NCBI RefSeq assembly: GCF_006345805.1
Contig: NW_021825541.1
Coordinates: forward strand, 1-15,644
Source of the DNA: Octopus sinensis
Lineage: Eukaryota
DNA length: 15,644 bases
Direction: 5' to 3'
The notes under the pieces were generated by a model that saw only the letters and a list, made by a program, of their open reading frames with translations, searched no databases and had not been told where the DNA came from. Position numbers and translations under genes: made by a program. Each line of letters starts with the position of its first letter. Position 1 is the stretch's first letter. This document shows positions 1 to 8,960 of the stretch, one piece after another.

Positions 1-712
1 GTCTCTTGTGTTGTCTGCACACTGAATATACTCAAATATTCACTTATCCGTGAGTGTTGAATCATGCCATATGATTTTATACTGTTGAAGTTTGCATTCT
101 TTATTTTAGAACTGCTTTCTCTGTGTGTAATAGATCGTGCGTTCCTCTAGCCTTCTTTCTGCAAACATTTCAGTTCTTCTGGTAGCAAATTCTGGTTGTC
201 AAGTTGATTCTAAATGTTTTCTGTGTGAATTCATGTTAAAAGTCTCTACATTGGGAATTTGCCTGGTTTTTGTCTATTTTGGATTTTATGTAGTTAGTTA
301 TGAATGCCTGATCGTGTGCGGTTGCTTACAAACACTGTCTCCCTTTTCATTTTCCGTTCTGAAACCATATTTGTCTGTAAGTGTCCCTTGGCTATTCTTT
401 CTCTACCCTTTCTGTTCCAATGGTGCTTTGTAATTTATTTCCAGGAAGTCATACACCTAATTAGATATTATTCCTGTCATCAGCTTCCACATGAGGGGCA
501 GACAGGTGATAGGCCGGTGATAATCCACTGCATTGCTTTGTTGGGATTATTTTGGCAAAGAATTGTTTGACTTTTGGTCAGCCTCTTTGGGATTTGTACC
601 CCGTTGTTGATCATTTTATATATTTGCTTGGCTATTCTTCTGTGTACTGCTGGGGAATTTTCAGCCAATATCCTTGTACGCTATCCGGTCCTGGGTATTT
701 CCAGTTTGGCGA
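1..712 (-). mobile_element. Degenerate, rearranged non-LTR retrotransposon (R4/Dong-like) fragments: reverse transcriptase and C-terminal pre-zinc-knuckle region
   Basis: Manual minus-strand translation across frameshifts and stops gives SPNWKYPGPDSVQGYWLK / PAVHRRIAKQIYKMINNGVQIPKRLTKSQTILCQNNPNK / [31 protein letters not shown] / PLEQKG*RKNSQGT (712-382), then AHDQAFITNYIKSKIDKNQANSQCR (319-245), then LLPEE / RKKARGTHDLLHTEKAVLK / KSYGMIQHSRISEYLSIF (about 200-20). These match remembered R4-clade motifs PNWKAPGPDG-xx-W-K, YRPIxCLP-xx-WK, EQKG-xxx-SRGT, KAYDMVPHSWI and AAQDQAL-TN...CR. Confidence 0.85.
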
Positions 713-807
713 TTTAATCACTCTGGCCCACATTGGTAGTCAAATATACAATGAGGCGACAGGTGTTTATACATCTGCTTTTACTCGTCCTTAATTACTA
801 AACAATA

Positions 808-1125
808 CTCTCCTCTCTCTCTTTCTCTCTCTCTCCTCTAATAACTTAATTAAATTTAACTCTCTATAATTATCTACGATGACTATGCGAGAATTTGTAT
901 GTGGGTGTGTCTGTGCGTGCAAACAGACATTTATCTGTCCATTTCTAAACTCATACGTATGGATGTGTATGTATGGCCGCGTAAGTGTGTGTATCTGACT
1001 GTGTGTATATCAATAGGAATATGCCACTGCATATGTGTCTGTGTGTGTGTCTGTGTGTGTTTGCATATGTTAGTGCGTGTGTGTATGTGTATGTCTCTCT
1101 CTGTATGTATGTGTGTGTATACATG
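808..1125. repeat. (CT)n tract and degenerate (TG)n/(TATG)n microsatellite region
   Basis: CT run at about 808-838 and TG-rich runs at about 895-1121, directly visible. Confidence 0.8.
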
Positions 1126-1463
1126 CATCCTTTAACCCCCCCAAGTCAAAACCCCTTCACTATATAGACTAATCTCTATATACTCTCATATATTTCTCAT
1201 TCGCCCAATAATAGACTCTTCCAAGGCCTTCCAAATCTGATTCACTTTCTATTCAAAGATGCAACTGTTAATTTCCATTATCCTTTGCCAGGGACTTTCC
1301 TGGAAACTTTACTAACTCTTCGATCACGAAAATACCAGACACATTTATCTGAGAACTCCATGGTTTCCCAAAAGACTGGTAACGAATAATATCCTCGATT
1401 AAGGATATTATGCATTTCTGCATTTTCTTTTTTCTGTGCATATTTGTAACCACTCTGCACAGT

Positions 1464-1684
1464 TCTTTTATTTGTTTCAGCCTTAGCCATTTCACTGCAG
1501 CCATGCTGGAGCAATGCCTTTTTCACCGAACTTATTATTTATAAGACTTGTACTTATTCTATGAGTCTCCTTTGCTGAACCACTAATTTACATGGACGTA
1601 AACTCACCAACATCGGTTGTAAAGCGATGGTGGTGGACAGACACAGACACACTCACACACACACACACACACCACACACACACA
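1464..1684 (-). mobile_element. SINE family B (octopus-type tRNA-derived SINE), 3' half ending in internal (CA)n
   Basis: Reverse complement matches the 3' half of the plus-strand copy at 2420-2619 (ttgtttcag...ctgcagccatgctggagc...gtacttattctat...ggacgtaaac.caccaacatcggttgt.aa). Confidence 0.85.
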
Positions 1685-1934
1685 ATACTTATATTATAAA
1701 TTATAAAATGAATGTTCTTGAAAAAGGCTAAATGTTTTTCTTGCTCCTAATCTGTTATAATTTATGTCACTCCGCTCAATGATCAACCACACCTTAAACC
1801 CATGATACCCAATTTCTGCACCACATTTTTCTGTTCAAGCCGGTGTAAACCAAACTGAGCAGTCACACTACATTCGACCTTTTACATGATTTTCTATTGT
1901 ATCAACGCTAAGGTATAATATATACTTTTATGTG

Positions 1935-2058
1935 GCTTTGGGGAGTGGCATGAACGGATTTCTTCTATTTGTATGTATTTCAATTTCTCGTGTAACGAAC
2001 AATTCCTTTAACGAACATGGCTCGGAAAGGATTATGTGTATATATAGAGATGGCACTG
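1935..2058. mobile_element. Possible degenerate Tigger/pogo-like DNA transposon terminus
   Basis: gaacggatt...taacgaacaattcctttaacgaac...ctcggaaaggattatgt...cactg, with a repeated taacgaaca motif, resembles Tigger-type terminal sequence from memory. No partner TIR seen, and the last bases overlap the next SINE. Confidence 0.3.
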
Positions 2059-2248
2059 GTTTGAGAAGTTTTGAGTCGAACTAATTGACCTCTGTACTTA
2101 ATTTTTTAAGCCTTGTACTTATTTTATTGGAGTATATTGGTGAACCGCTAAGTTACCGGAACGTAAACACACCAACACAGGTCATCAAGCGGTGGGACAA
2201 ACACTGACACAAAGACACACACACTGATACATACAGACAGACATATAT
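2053..2248 (-). mobile_element. SINE family B, 3' half of a host copy split by a nested insertion
   Basis: agtcgaactaattgacc...gtacttattttattgg...gaaccgctaagttacc.gaacgtaaacacaccaaca is the reverse complement of the family-B 3' half and runs into the internal CA/TA microsatellite. Confidence 0.8.
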
Positions 2249-2619
2249 AGACATAGAAGTGGCCGTAGAGTATGAAACACATGGTTCCGTGTTCAGTCCC
2301 GTTGCGAGACATTTTGGCTGAGTGTCTTCTACTATAGCCAAGGGCCGACCATAGTCTTGTGAGTGGATTTCATAGATGGAAACTCAAATAAGCCCGTCGT
2401 ATGTGTGTGTGTGTATTTGTGTGTCTATATTTGTCCCTCCACCATCATTTGACAACCGATGTTGGTGTGCTTACGTCCCTGTAACATAGCGGTTCTGGAA
2501 AAGAAACTGATAGAATAAGTACTAGGATTACAAAGGTTAAGTCCTAGGGTCGATTTGTTCGACTAAAGGCGGAGCTCCAACATGGCCGCAGTCAAATGAC
2601 TGAAACAAGTAAAAGAATA
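2249..2619 (+). mobile_element. SINE family B, near full-length copy
   Basis: tRNA-like head (gtggccgtagagta...gttcagtccc B-box-like), body gtgtcttctactatagcc...gtgagtggattt...gcccgtcgta, internal (TG)n and tail gcagtcaaatgactgaaacaagtaaaaga. Several other copies in the window share these motifs. Confidence 0.9.
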
Positions 2620-2621
2620 GT

Positions 2622-2778
2622 CACGATAGGCTTCTTTCCGTTTCCATCTACCAAATCCACATATGAAGATTTTGAGAGTCCAATGGCTACAGTAGAAGAC
2701 ATTTATGTAGCGTGCCACGCAGTGGAACTGAACCCGAATCCAAATTTGGAAGCAAGCGTCTTACCACACAGCCGCGCT
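2622..2778 (-). mobile_element. SINE family B, 5' half of the host copy
   Basis: ggcttctttccgtttccatctaccaaatccac...gtagaagaca...gaactgaaccc...cttaccacacagcc is the reverse complement of the family-B head and body; it completes 2053-2248. Confidence 0.85.
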
Positions 2779-2928
2779 AAACATGCCCCCCTACACAGAT
2801 TCAATCCAAGGAAACACGCATAAAGATGAAACACTCTCCAAGCCGTTCACTTTATAATTTGTTAAAACCATTAACATGGTGTCCATTAGTGAGTGATGCT
2901 GTGTTTTGTTTTATTTCTCCTACACATT

Positions 2929-3059
2929 GATTCCAAATTTTGGCACAACACCAGCAATTTCAGGGGAGGAGTAAGTTGATTACATCGACCCCAGTATATA
3001 ACTGATATTCATTTCATCGACCCCGAAAGGATAAAAGGCAAAGACAACCTCGGCGGAAT
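2929..3059 (-). mobile_element. SINE family A, 3' portion
   Basis: catcgaccccgaaaggataaaaggcaaagacaacctcggcggaat is the reverse complement of the family-A box attccgccgaggtcgactttgcctttcatcctttcggggtcgat seen at about 3300-3345 and 11935-11980. Confidence 0.88.
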
Positions 3060-3192
3060 ATTTCTACTTAATATTTAATATTATTACGTTCATGCATTTT
3101 TGAAATTGGGTGTTAAAACAGAAATTCTTCTATTTGGAGATGGTCGTCTGTTGCCAATGAAACACGCGCAATATATATTTGATATTCACTTT

Positions 3193-3194
<2 letters not shown>

Positions 3195-3228
<34 letters not shown>

Positions 3229-3229
3229 G
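3195..3229. repeat. (TTG)n microsatellite
   Basis: Directly visible. Confidence 0.95.
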
Positions 3230-3230
3230 G

Positions 3231-3599
3231 TACGCCGGGGGAAACGTTTAGAAGTATTTCGTCTGCGGTTACGTTCTGAGTTCAAATTCCACCGAGTCCA
3301 AATTCCACCGAGGTCGATATTGCCTTTCATCCTTTTGTAGTCGATTAAATAAGTACCAGTTACGCACTGGAGGCGATATAATCGACTTAATCAGCGTGTC
3401 TGTCCTTGTTTGTCCTCTCTGTGTTTAGCCCCTTGTGGGTAGTAAAGAGATAAGTATTTCGTCTCTCACTACATTCTGAGTTCAAATTCCGCTTAGATCG
3501 ACTTTGCCCTTCATCCTTTCGGGAACGATAAATTAAGTACCAGTTACACACTGGGATCGATGTAATGGACTTGTCCTTGTGCTTCCAGTAGACAGGATA

Positions 3600-3641
<42 letters not shown>
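3231..3641 (+). mobile_element. SINE family A, tandem dimeric copy with (ATT)n tail
   Basis: Two successive monomers, each with gtatttcgtct...ttctgagttcaaattcc (B-box-like) and ttcatcctt...taagtaccagtta. Small internal duplication aaattccaccgag x2. (ATT)n at 3599-3641. Confidence 0.88.
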
Positions 3642-3643
3642 TG

Positions 3644-3866
3644 AGGTTTAGCTGGCAGAATCGTTAGCACGCCGGGCAAAATGCTTGGTAGTATTTCATC
3701 CATCATTAGTTTCTGAGTTCAAATCCCCCGAGGTCAACTTCACATTTCAACATTTCGAGGTCTATAAATTAAATACCAGTTGAGTACTAGGGGCTATGTA
3801 ATCGACTATCTCCCCCATCCAAGAATATGTCAGGCTTTGTGCTTATAGTAGGAACGACTATTATTA

Positions 3867-3909
<43 letters not shown>

Positions 3910-3930
3910 CATTATTATTTTATTACTATT
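3644..3930 (+). mobile_element. SINE family A, full-length with (ATT)n tail
   Basis: agctggcagaatcgttagc (A-box-like)...gagttcaaatccc (B-box-like)...taccagttgagtact...tatagtaggaacgact, followed by (ATT)n at 3859-3930. Confidence 0.9.
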
Positions 3931-4189
3931 ATATAAATTCTTTCGTCTCACACTACTGATCTCCCCAGCGACTCTCTGCTACGCCCTTTTTTCTTCTTAT
4001 CCTGCTTATTCTGTATTAAAATTTATATTAATGTCTACTTTTCTACTGTTTGTCAAGTGGTTTGTTTATCAAATAATTTATACTCGGAACAATTGTACAA
4101 ACGGAATTTCCCTTTCCCACTTGGTGCAGCTATATATTTTAGTAATTGTTTGAATGAATACACGCACATACACAACTCACTTATATGTT

Positions 4190-4266
<77 letters not shown>

Positions 4267-4283
4267 GTATATATATATATATG

Positions 4284-4368
<85 letters not shown>

Positions 4369-4442
4369 ATATATATAGAGTGTAGAAATATGTTAAAGAA
4401 AGAAAATATAAAATACACGTGGAAATGTAAGGATAAAAGATG

Positions 4443-4486
<44 letters not shown>

Positions 4487-4635
4487 CAGAGAGAGAGAGA
4501 GAGAGAGAGAGACTTTTAGTGGGGGGCAACCAGATCGAACCTTCCCAAGTGTTACTGCCCGAGATGGTCGTGACTTGTGGGACTTGACTGAGGAAAGAGA
4601 GCGTTATTTTTTTACCATTTATATAAGTATGTATG

Positions 4636-4666
<31 letters not shown>

Positions 4667-5053
4667 TGTGTGTGTATGTGTGTGTGTGAGTATGTGTGTT
4701 GTGTGTGTGTTTCAATCTATGTATTGAAGTTTCTGTTTTGTTTATCTGTCTAATTATTTTTCGAATTGTCTCTCTCTCTCTCTCTCTCTTTCTCTCTTCT
4801 TTCTTTTTCTTTCCCTCTCTCTCTTTCCACACTTCATTTTTCTCTCTCTTTTTCTCTCTTTCTGACTTTCTCTCTTACTCCTCTCTCCTCTCTCTCTCTC
4901 TCTCTCTTCGTAATGCTATTTTTAGTGTGCTGGTGCTGCTTGTAGGAACTTTAATCATTAATTAATGATGCCTTACTTATGGCATTTTTTTACGCATGCT
5001 TGCCACTTGATAATATTGTAAGCAAATATCCTTATATATACATATTATATACA

Positions 5054-5086
<33 letters not shown>

Positions 5087-5120
5087 CTTATATATATATA
5101 TATATTATATATATTATTAT
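4190..5120. repeat. Compound microsatellite field (TG)n-(TA)n-(TG)n, (TA)n-(GA)n, (TG)n, (CT)n, (TA)n
   Basis: Directly visible runs at about 4190-4377, 4444-4512, 4630-4710, 4769-4906 and 5032-5120. Confidence 0.95.
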
Positions 5121-5597
5121 AATGCCCTTATACACAGAATGTATGATTGTGTATAGGAGAATATATTACTGAAAGAAATTCCAACTTTGATTTTCATGAT
5201 TTATTTACAATCCTATAATAATATATGATAAGATAAGATAACAAAATGAAGCGATAGAATATCAAATATCCACTCTGATTTACAGGAAAGTAGCAAAAAT
5301 TGATTTACATTTACAATGTCGGCTCCAAATATGACTTCAGTATTAATTTTTTACAGAAATTGGAAAAGGTTTATCCACTTATCTGAATATTCTATTACCT
5401 CATGAAAGTTTATTGTCTCATTTTGCGGCTTGTATCGGATAAGAATACTGACCGAAGTACACATTTGTTATAACCCGTTATGTGTTTTTTTAACGGCAGT
5501 GTCAGTATTTTCTGTCGATGTATGTGATTCGCTGTACTTTAATATCCGGAAAATAAATCCATTTTTAAGAAATTCACCATTTCTACACGACGCAAAG

Positions 5598-5711
5598 TAA
5601 TATAAGATGAGGTGATTTGCTTAAGAACGCAATACAATTCCCTTTACGGGAATTGAAACCGCGATCTCGCTATCGCGAATGTAACACCGCTAACAGCGTG
5701 GTCATTCGCCT
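5598..5711 (-). mobile_element. Degenerate tRNA-headed SINE head (third family, possibly CORE-like)
   Basis: Minus strand reads gttagcggtgttacattcgcgatagcgagatcgcggtttcaattccc...gttcttaagcaaatcacctcatct: a tRNA-like head with B-box-like gtttcaattcc and a cttaagcaa motif. Paralogs at about 9195-9290 and 14410-14520. Confidence 0.55.
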
Positions 5712-6597
5712 TGGACACCAATTATATTATTTAACATGTTATATGACATAGGTGGGACAGCATCCAGAATCCTTCTTATCTACTAGGCGTTTCCCGAAGC
5801 AACACCCACTGAATTTACATGGATCCCGAGAAAACTGAGCGTTACTCCTAAGTGATGTCTCTTGTCAGCTAACGATATGGCGTTGTATCATGTAATGATA
5901 GAAAGTCTGACGCAGAAAATTGCGTTGTTTGATGTGGTGATACAGTCTGAGAACGAGGCCAATTTTAGGTACATATCTTTGTTTGTTTTTTTGTGTTTTA
6001 CTTAGGGTGTTGTTGTCTACGTTGTTGTTTGCCCTGACTGATCGTAATTTTGCACAAAGGCATTCCAATTATACCCTACTAATTATTTTTATTCAAACAT
6101 TAGCAACCATGTCCTCCTTTGTGTAAAATAAGAGTGTGTGATTGGAAAGAGATTTCGCAGGTATCTCCAGGTGTTTGATGGAAAACATTGTAAACATATC
6201 TGCGTCACAAGCCAATGTTTCCTGATTGAGTAAAGCTATGGTCAGAGGACATCCAGTCGTCATCTTCCCATCCATTTAGTTATATAGCATTGTCCCGGTC
6301 TCTAGGTGAGCAGGATTTTCCATGAATTCAACTGCTTCAGCACACATGCAACCAAAAACCCATAGGAAACTGTGTGTAGACCACTAAATACATGCTTCCA
6401 CCACCTCAGATCTGAATGCTTCGCCATCTTCCCATCCCCGCAGGACTTTCGAATGAAAAAATAAGTTGTACAGTTAAAAAGTATAGAGCTTAAATTAAAA
6501 AGATAATATTAACAAGAATATCCAAGCAAAATAGTCGGCAATGCCTGTACACAATGCCTGTACACAAATTTACAAATTGCTTTGCAGCGCTTCTGTC

Positions 6598-6705
6598 GGC
6601 TATTCGCGTACTGAGTTCCTTTCCCGCCGAGTCCCCTTTGCATTTCATTTCTCAGAGGAGCTGAGTCCAATTAGTCGACTGACCACTTCCCCCACAAAAC
6701 AACAA
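6598..6705 (+). mobile_element. Highly diverged SINE family A remnant
   Basis: ctgagttcctttcccgccgagtcccctttgcatttcatt...agtcgactgacc resembles the family-A box. Paralogs at about 10275-10385 and 15418-15525. Confidence 0.6.
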
Positions 6706-6859
6706 CCACTGGCATTCTACCTAAGCCAGAGTAAACATTATATGAGCGGCCATCTAGGATTCAGGACAAAGAATGCTACGCGGTGTTATATGTAATCATG
6801 TCTGGTTATATAAAAATGCATCGGGATATATATACATACACAAACACGAACAAATATAT

Positions 6860-6938
6860 GTGCTGTATGTGTGTGTGTGTAAGTGTACCTGTGTGTGTAG
6901 TGAATGTGAATGTGTGCAAATATGTACGTTTGTGTGTG

Positions 6939-7007
<69 letters not shown>

Positions 7008-7110
7008 GGCGTAAAGCCCTGTGAGTGATTTGGTAGACAGAAACTTAAAGAAGCCCGTCGTATATATGTATATATATGTGCGTGTGTGTGTCTATATGTT
7101 TCTATGTGTT
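6860..7110 (+). repeat. (TG)n/(TA)n microsatellites plus internal SINE family B fragment (about 7012-7110)
   Basis: aaagccctgtgagtgatttggtagacagaaacttaaagaagcccgtcgtatata matches the family-B body. Confidence 0.8.
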
Positions 7111-7255
7111 ATTTTATTGGTCACTTTTCCCGATCCGCTATGTTAAGGGGGGGGTTGTTATGGTTGCTTGGAACCAAATGCACACCGACAAATTATCGTC
7201 AGAAATTAAATAAGTTTTCTCCACTTATCTGAATATTCTATGGCCTCATATAAGT

Positions 7256-7710
7256 TTTTGATCGATTATTGGGCTGGCGATATCTCATTTCTCTAGTTAC
7301 TAAAATGCAAACCCGACGAATTTCCCTCCTTTCCCAGAATAGATTTCAGTTGGTTGTAAATTATGCTTCTTGTTCACTGATGACAAGGCTATGATCAGAG
7401 GCGTTTCGGTCATGATCATCCCGTCGATTTACTTACTTCACAATATGTGTTGTGCTCTTTCCTTGGTTAAATCGTTCTTTCCTTGGTTAAAAGGTATGAG
7501 ACAATTGAATATCATTGTCTCAAATGCTTACGATATGGCTGATAGCGCAAATGTTCAAGTAATGGACATTCACTAGTCCTGAAACCTACACCGACAATCA
7601 TTATTCTAATACATCACATGATGTGGATGTTAATTTTTATAGATCTTTCCGAAATATAAGTCCGACCTTACTATCAAGATGAAGCATCAATTTATTAAAT
7701 GACATCTAGG
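7256..7710 (+). repeat. Duplicated block (paralog of 9404-9859)
   Basis: Shared tctctagttactaaaatgcaaacccgacgaatttccctcctttcccagaata...gctgatagcgcaaatgttcaagtaatggacattcactagtcctgaaacctacacc...catctagga. Confidence 0.92.
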
Positions 7711-7994
7711 ATTGAATTATTCTGCTACTAGCAGAAGAATGAAAGTGATATTCTACGTGGTTTACTCTGCATGTGTGTTTAGTATATTGTAACCTTCATG
7801 TACATGGGTTATCTCAAGTAAAACATAGCCTCGAATGTTTAGGGACGCCCAGTTCACCCTGTGTATTGCCACAGAAGTCACACAGCAGTTGCAGGTACTA
7901 GAGGTTAAAGACAGTACTAATTCCCTAATTTGTTCACTTGAGCATCCGCATACCAATTTATTATTATTCGATATACACAAAAAACTTTAGATTG

Positions 7995-8009
7995 TCTAAG
8001 TACGTTCGC

Positions 8010-8058
<49 letters not shown>

Positions 8059-8392
8059 TGTATATATATATATTAATGTATATGTGGGCGTCTATGTGCA
8101 TCTGTTGTGTGAGTACATGCACAAGTGTTCGGCTTTTAACATACACACACATACACACACACACATGCACATACACACACACGACACGATCACACATATT
8201 GTATATATATATATATATATAAATATTCATACGCATTCAGAGATCTACACACACATATAAATAGTGTATTCTCTTCTTTAATTCTTTTACTTCTTCTTTA
8301 AGTCATTTGACTGCGGCCTTGCTGGAGTAAACCCTGAAAAGCCTTTAAGCCGAAGAGCCGAAGAAATTTACAGTTGGGCTTAGTTTTTGTAA
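7995..8392 (+). repeat. Microsatellite-rich block with minus-strand SINE B tail (paralog of about 10570-10915)
   Basis: Shared gtacgtt..(TA)n..gcgtcta..atattcatacgcatt..gtgtattct..aagtcatttg.c.gcggcc.tgctg. Confidence 0.75.
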
Positions 8393-8960
8393 ACTAACAT
8401 GGTGTCCATTAGTGAGTAATGCTGTGTTTTGTTTTATTTCTCCTACACATTCATTTCAAATTTTTGCACAAGACCAGCAATTTCGGGGGAGAGAGTAAGT
8501 TGATTACATCGACCCCAGTACTTAACTGATAATGATTTCATCGACCCCGAAAGGATAAAAGGCAAAGACACCTCGGCGGAATATTTCTACTTAAAATTTA
8601 ATATTATTACGTTCATGCATAAAACATATGTAGGTGGGACAGCATCCCAGAAATCCTTCTTTTCTACTAGGCGTTTTCCAAAGCAAACACCACTGATTTT
8701 TTTATGGATCCTGAAAAAGATATGAGCGTTCTCCTAAGAGATGTCTCTTGTCAGCTGAACATATGGCGTTGTATCATGTAATGATGAAAGTCTGACGCAG
8801 AAAATTGCGGAGTTTGGTGTGGGTATACAAAGTCTGAGAACGAGGCCATTTTAGGTACATATCTTTGTTTGTTTGTTTTTTTGTGTTTTACTTAGGGTGT
8901 TGTGGTCGACGTTGTTGTTTGCCCAGATCGAATTTTTGCAACAAAGTCATTCAAACTATC
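8393..8960 (+). repeat. Deleted third copy: anchor block (8393-8620 = 2871-3097, including minus SINE A at 8452-8582) fused to block 8625-8960 (= 5745-6075)
   Basis: taacatggtgtccattagtgagt...ttattacgttcatgcat is followed almost immediately by taggtgggacagcatcc...tctgagaacgaggcca; these lie about 2.65 kb apart in copy A. Confidence 0.9.

Larger units (their letters stand above)
2843..6824 (+). repeat. Segmental duplication copy A (paralog of 11376-15644)
   Basis: Collinear identity from ccgttcactt.ataatttgtt (2843/11376) to atgcatcgg (6824/15644). ORFs 5865-6068 and 14678-14872 translate almost identically, and both copies carry the 13-bp tandem caatgcctgtaca x2. Confidence 0.95.

Noticed and set aside
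1268-1526. Two overlapping minus-strand ORFs of about 80 aa
   Set aside because: Both start inside a SINE tail and show no recognisable homology.
4053-4965. Longest ORFs (259 aa, 128 aa and others) with [16 protein letters not shown] runs
   Set aside because: Translations of dinucleotide microsatellites that lack stops by composition; not conserved in copy B.
5640-5711. tRNA-like sequence with A/B-box-like motifs (also heads at 3644, 11855, 12350)
   Set aside because: No complete cloverleaf; these continue into SINE bodies, so they are SINE heads rather than tRNA genes.
5865-6068. Minus-strand 67-aa ORF repeated at 14678-14872
   Set aside because: Conservation is explained by recent duplication; non-ATG start, no recognisable domain, and disrupted in the third copy.
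6539-6564. 13-bp tandem duplication caatgcctgtaca x2 (also about 15352-15377)
   Set aside because: Ordinary slippage duplication; useful only as a paralogy marker.
8781-8838. ATGATGA...CTGA...CTGA, box C/D snoRNA-like motifs
   Set aside because: The perfect C box occurs in only one of three paralogs, spacing is too short, and there is no terminal stem or recognisable rRNA guide.
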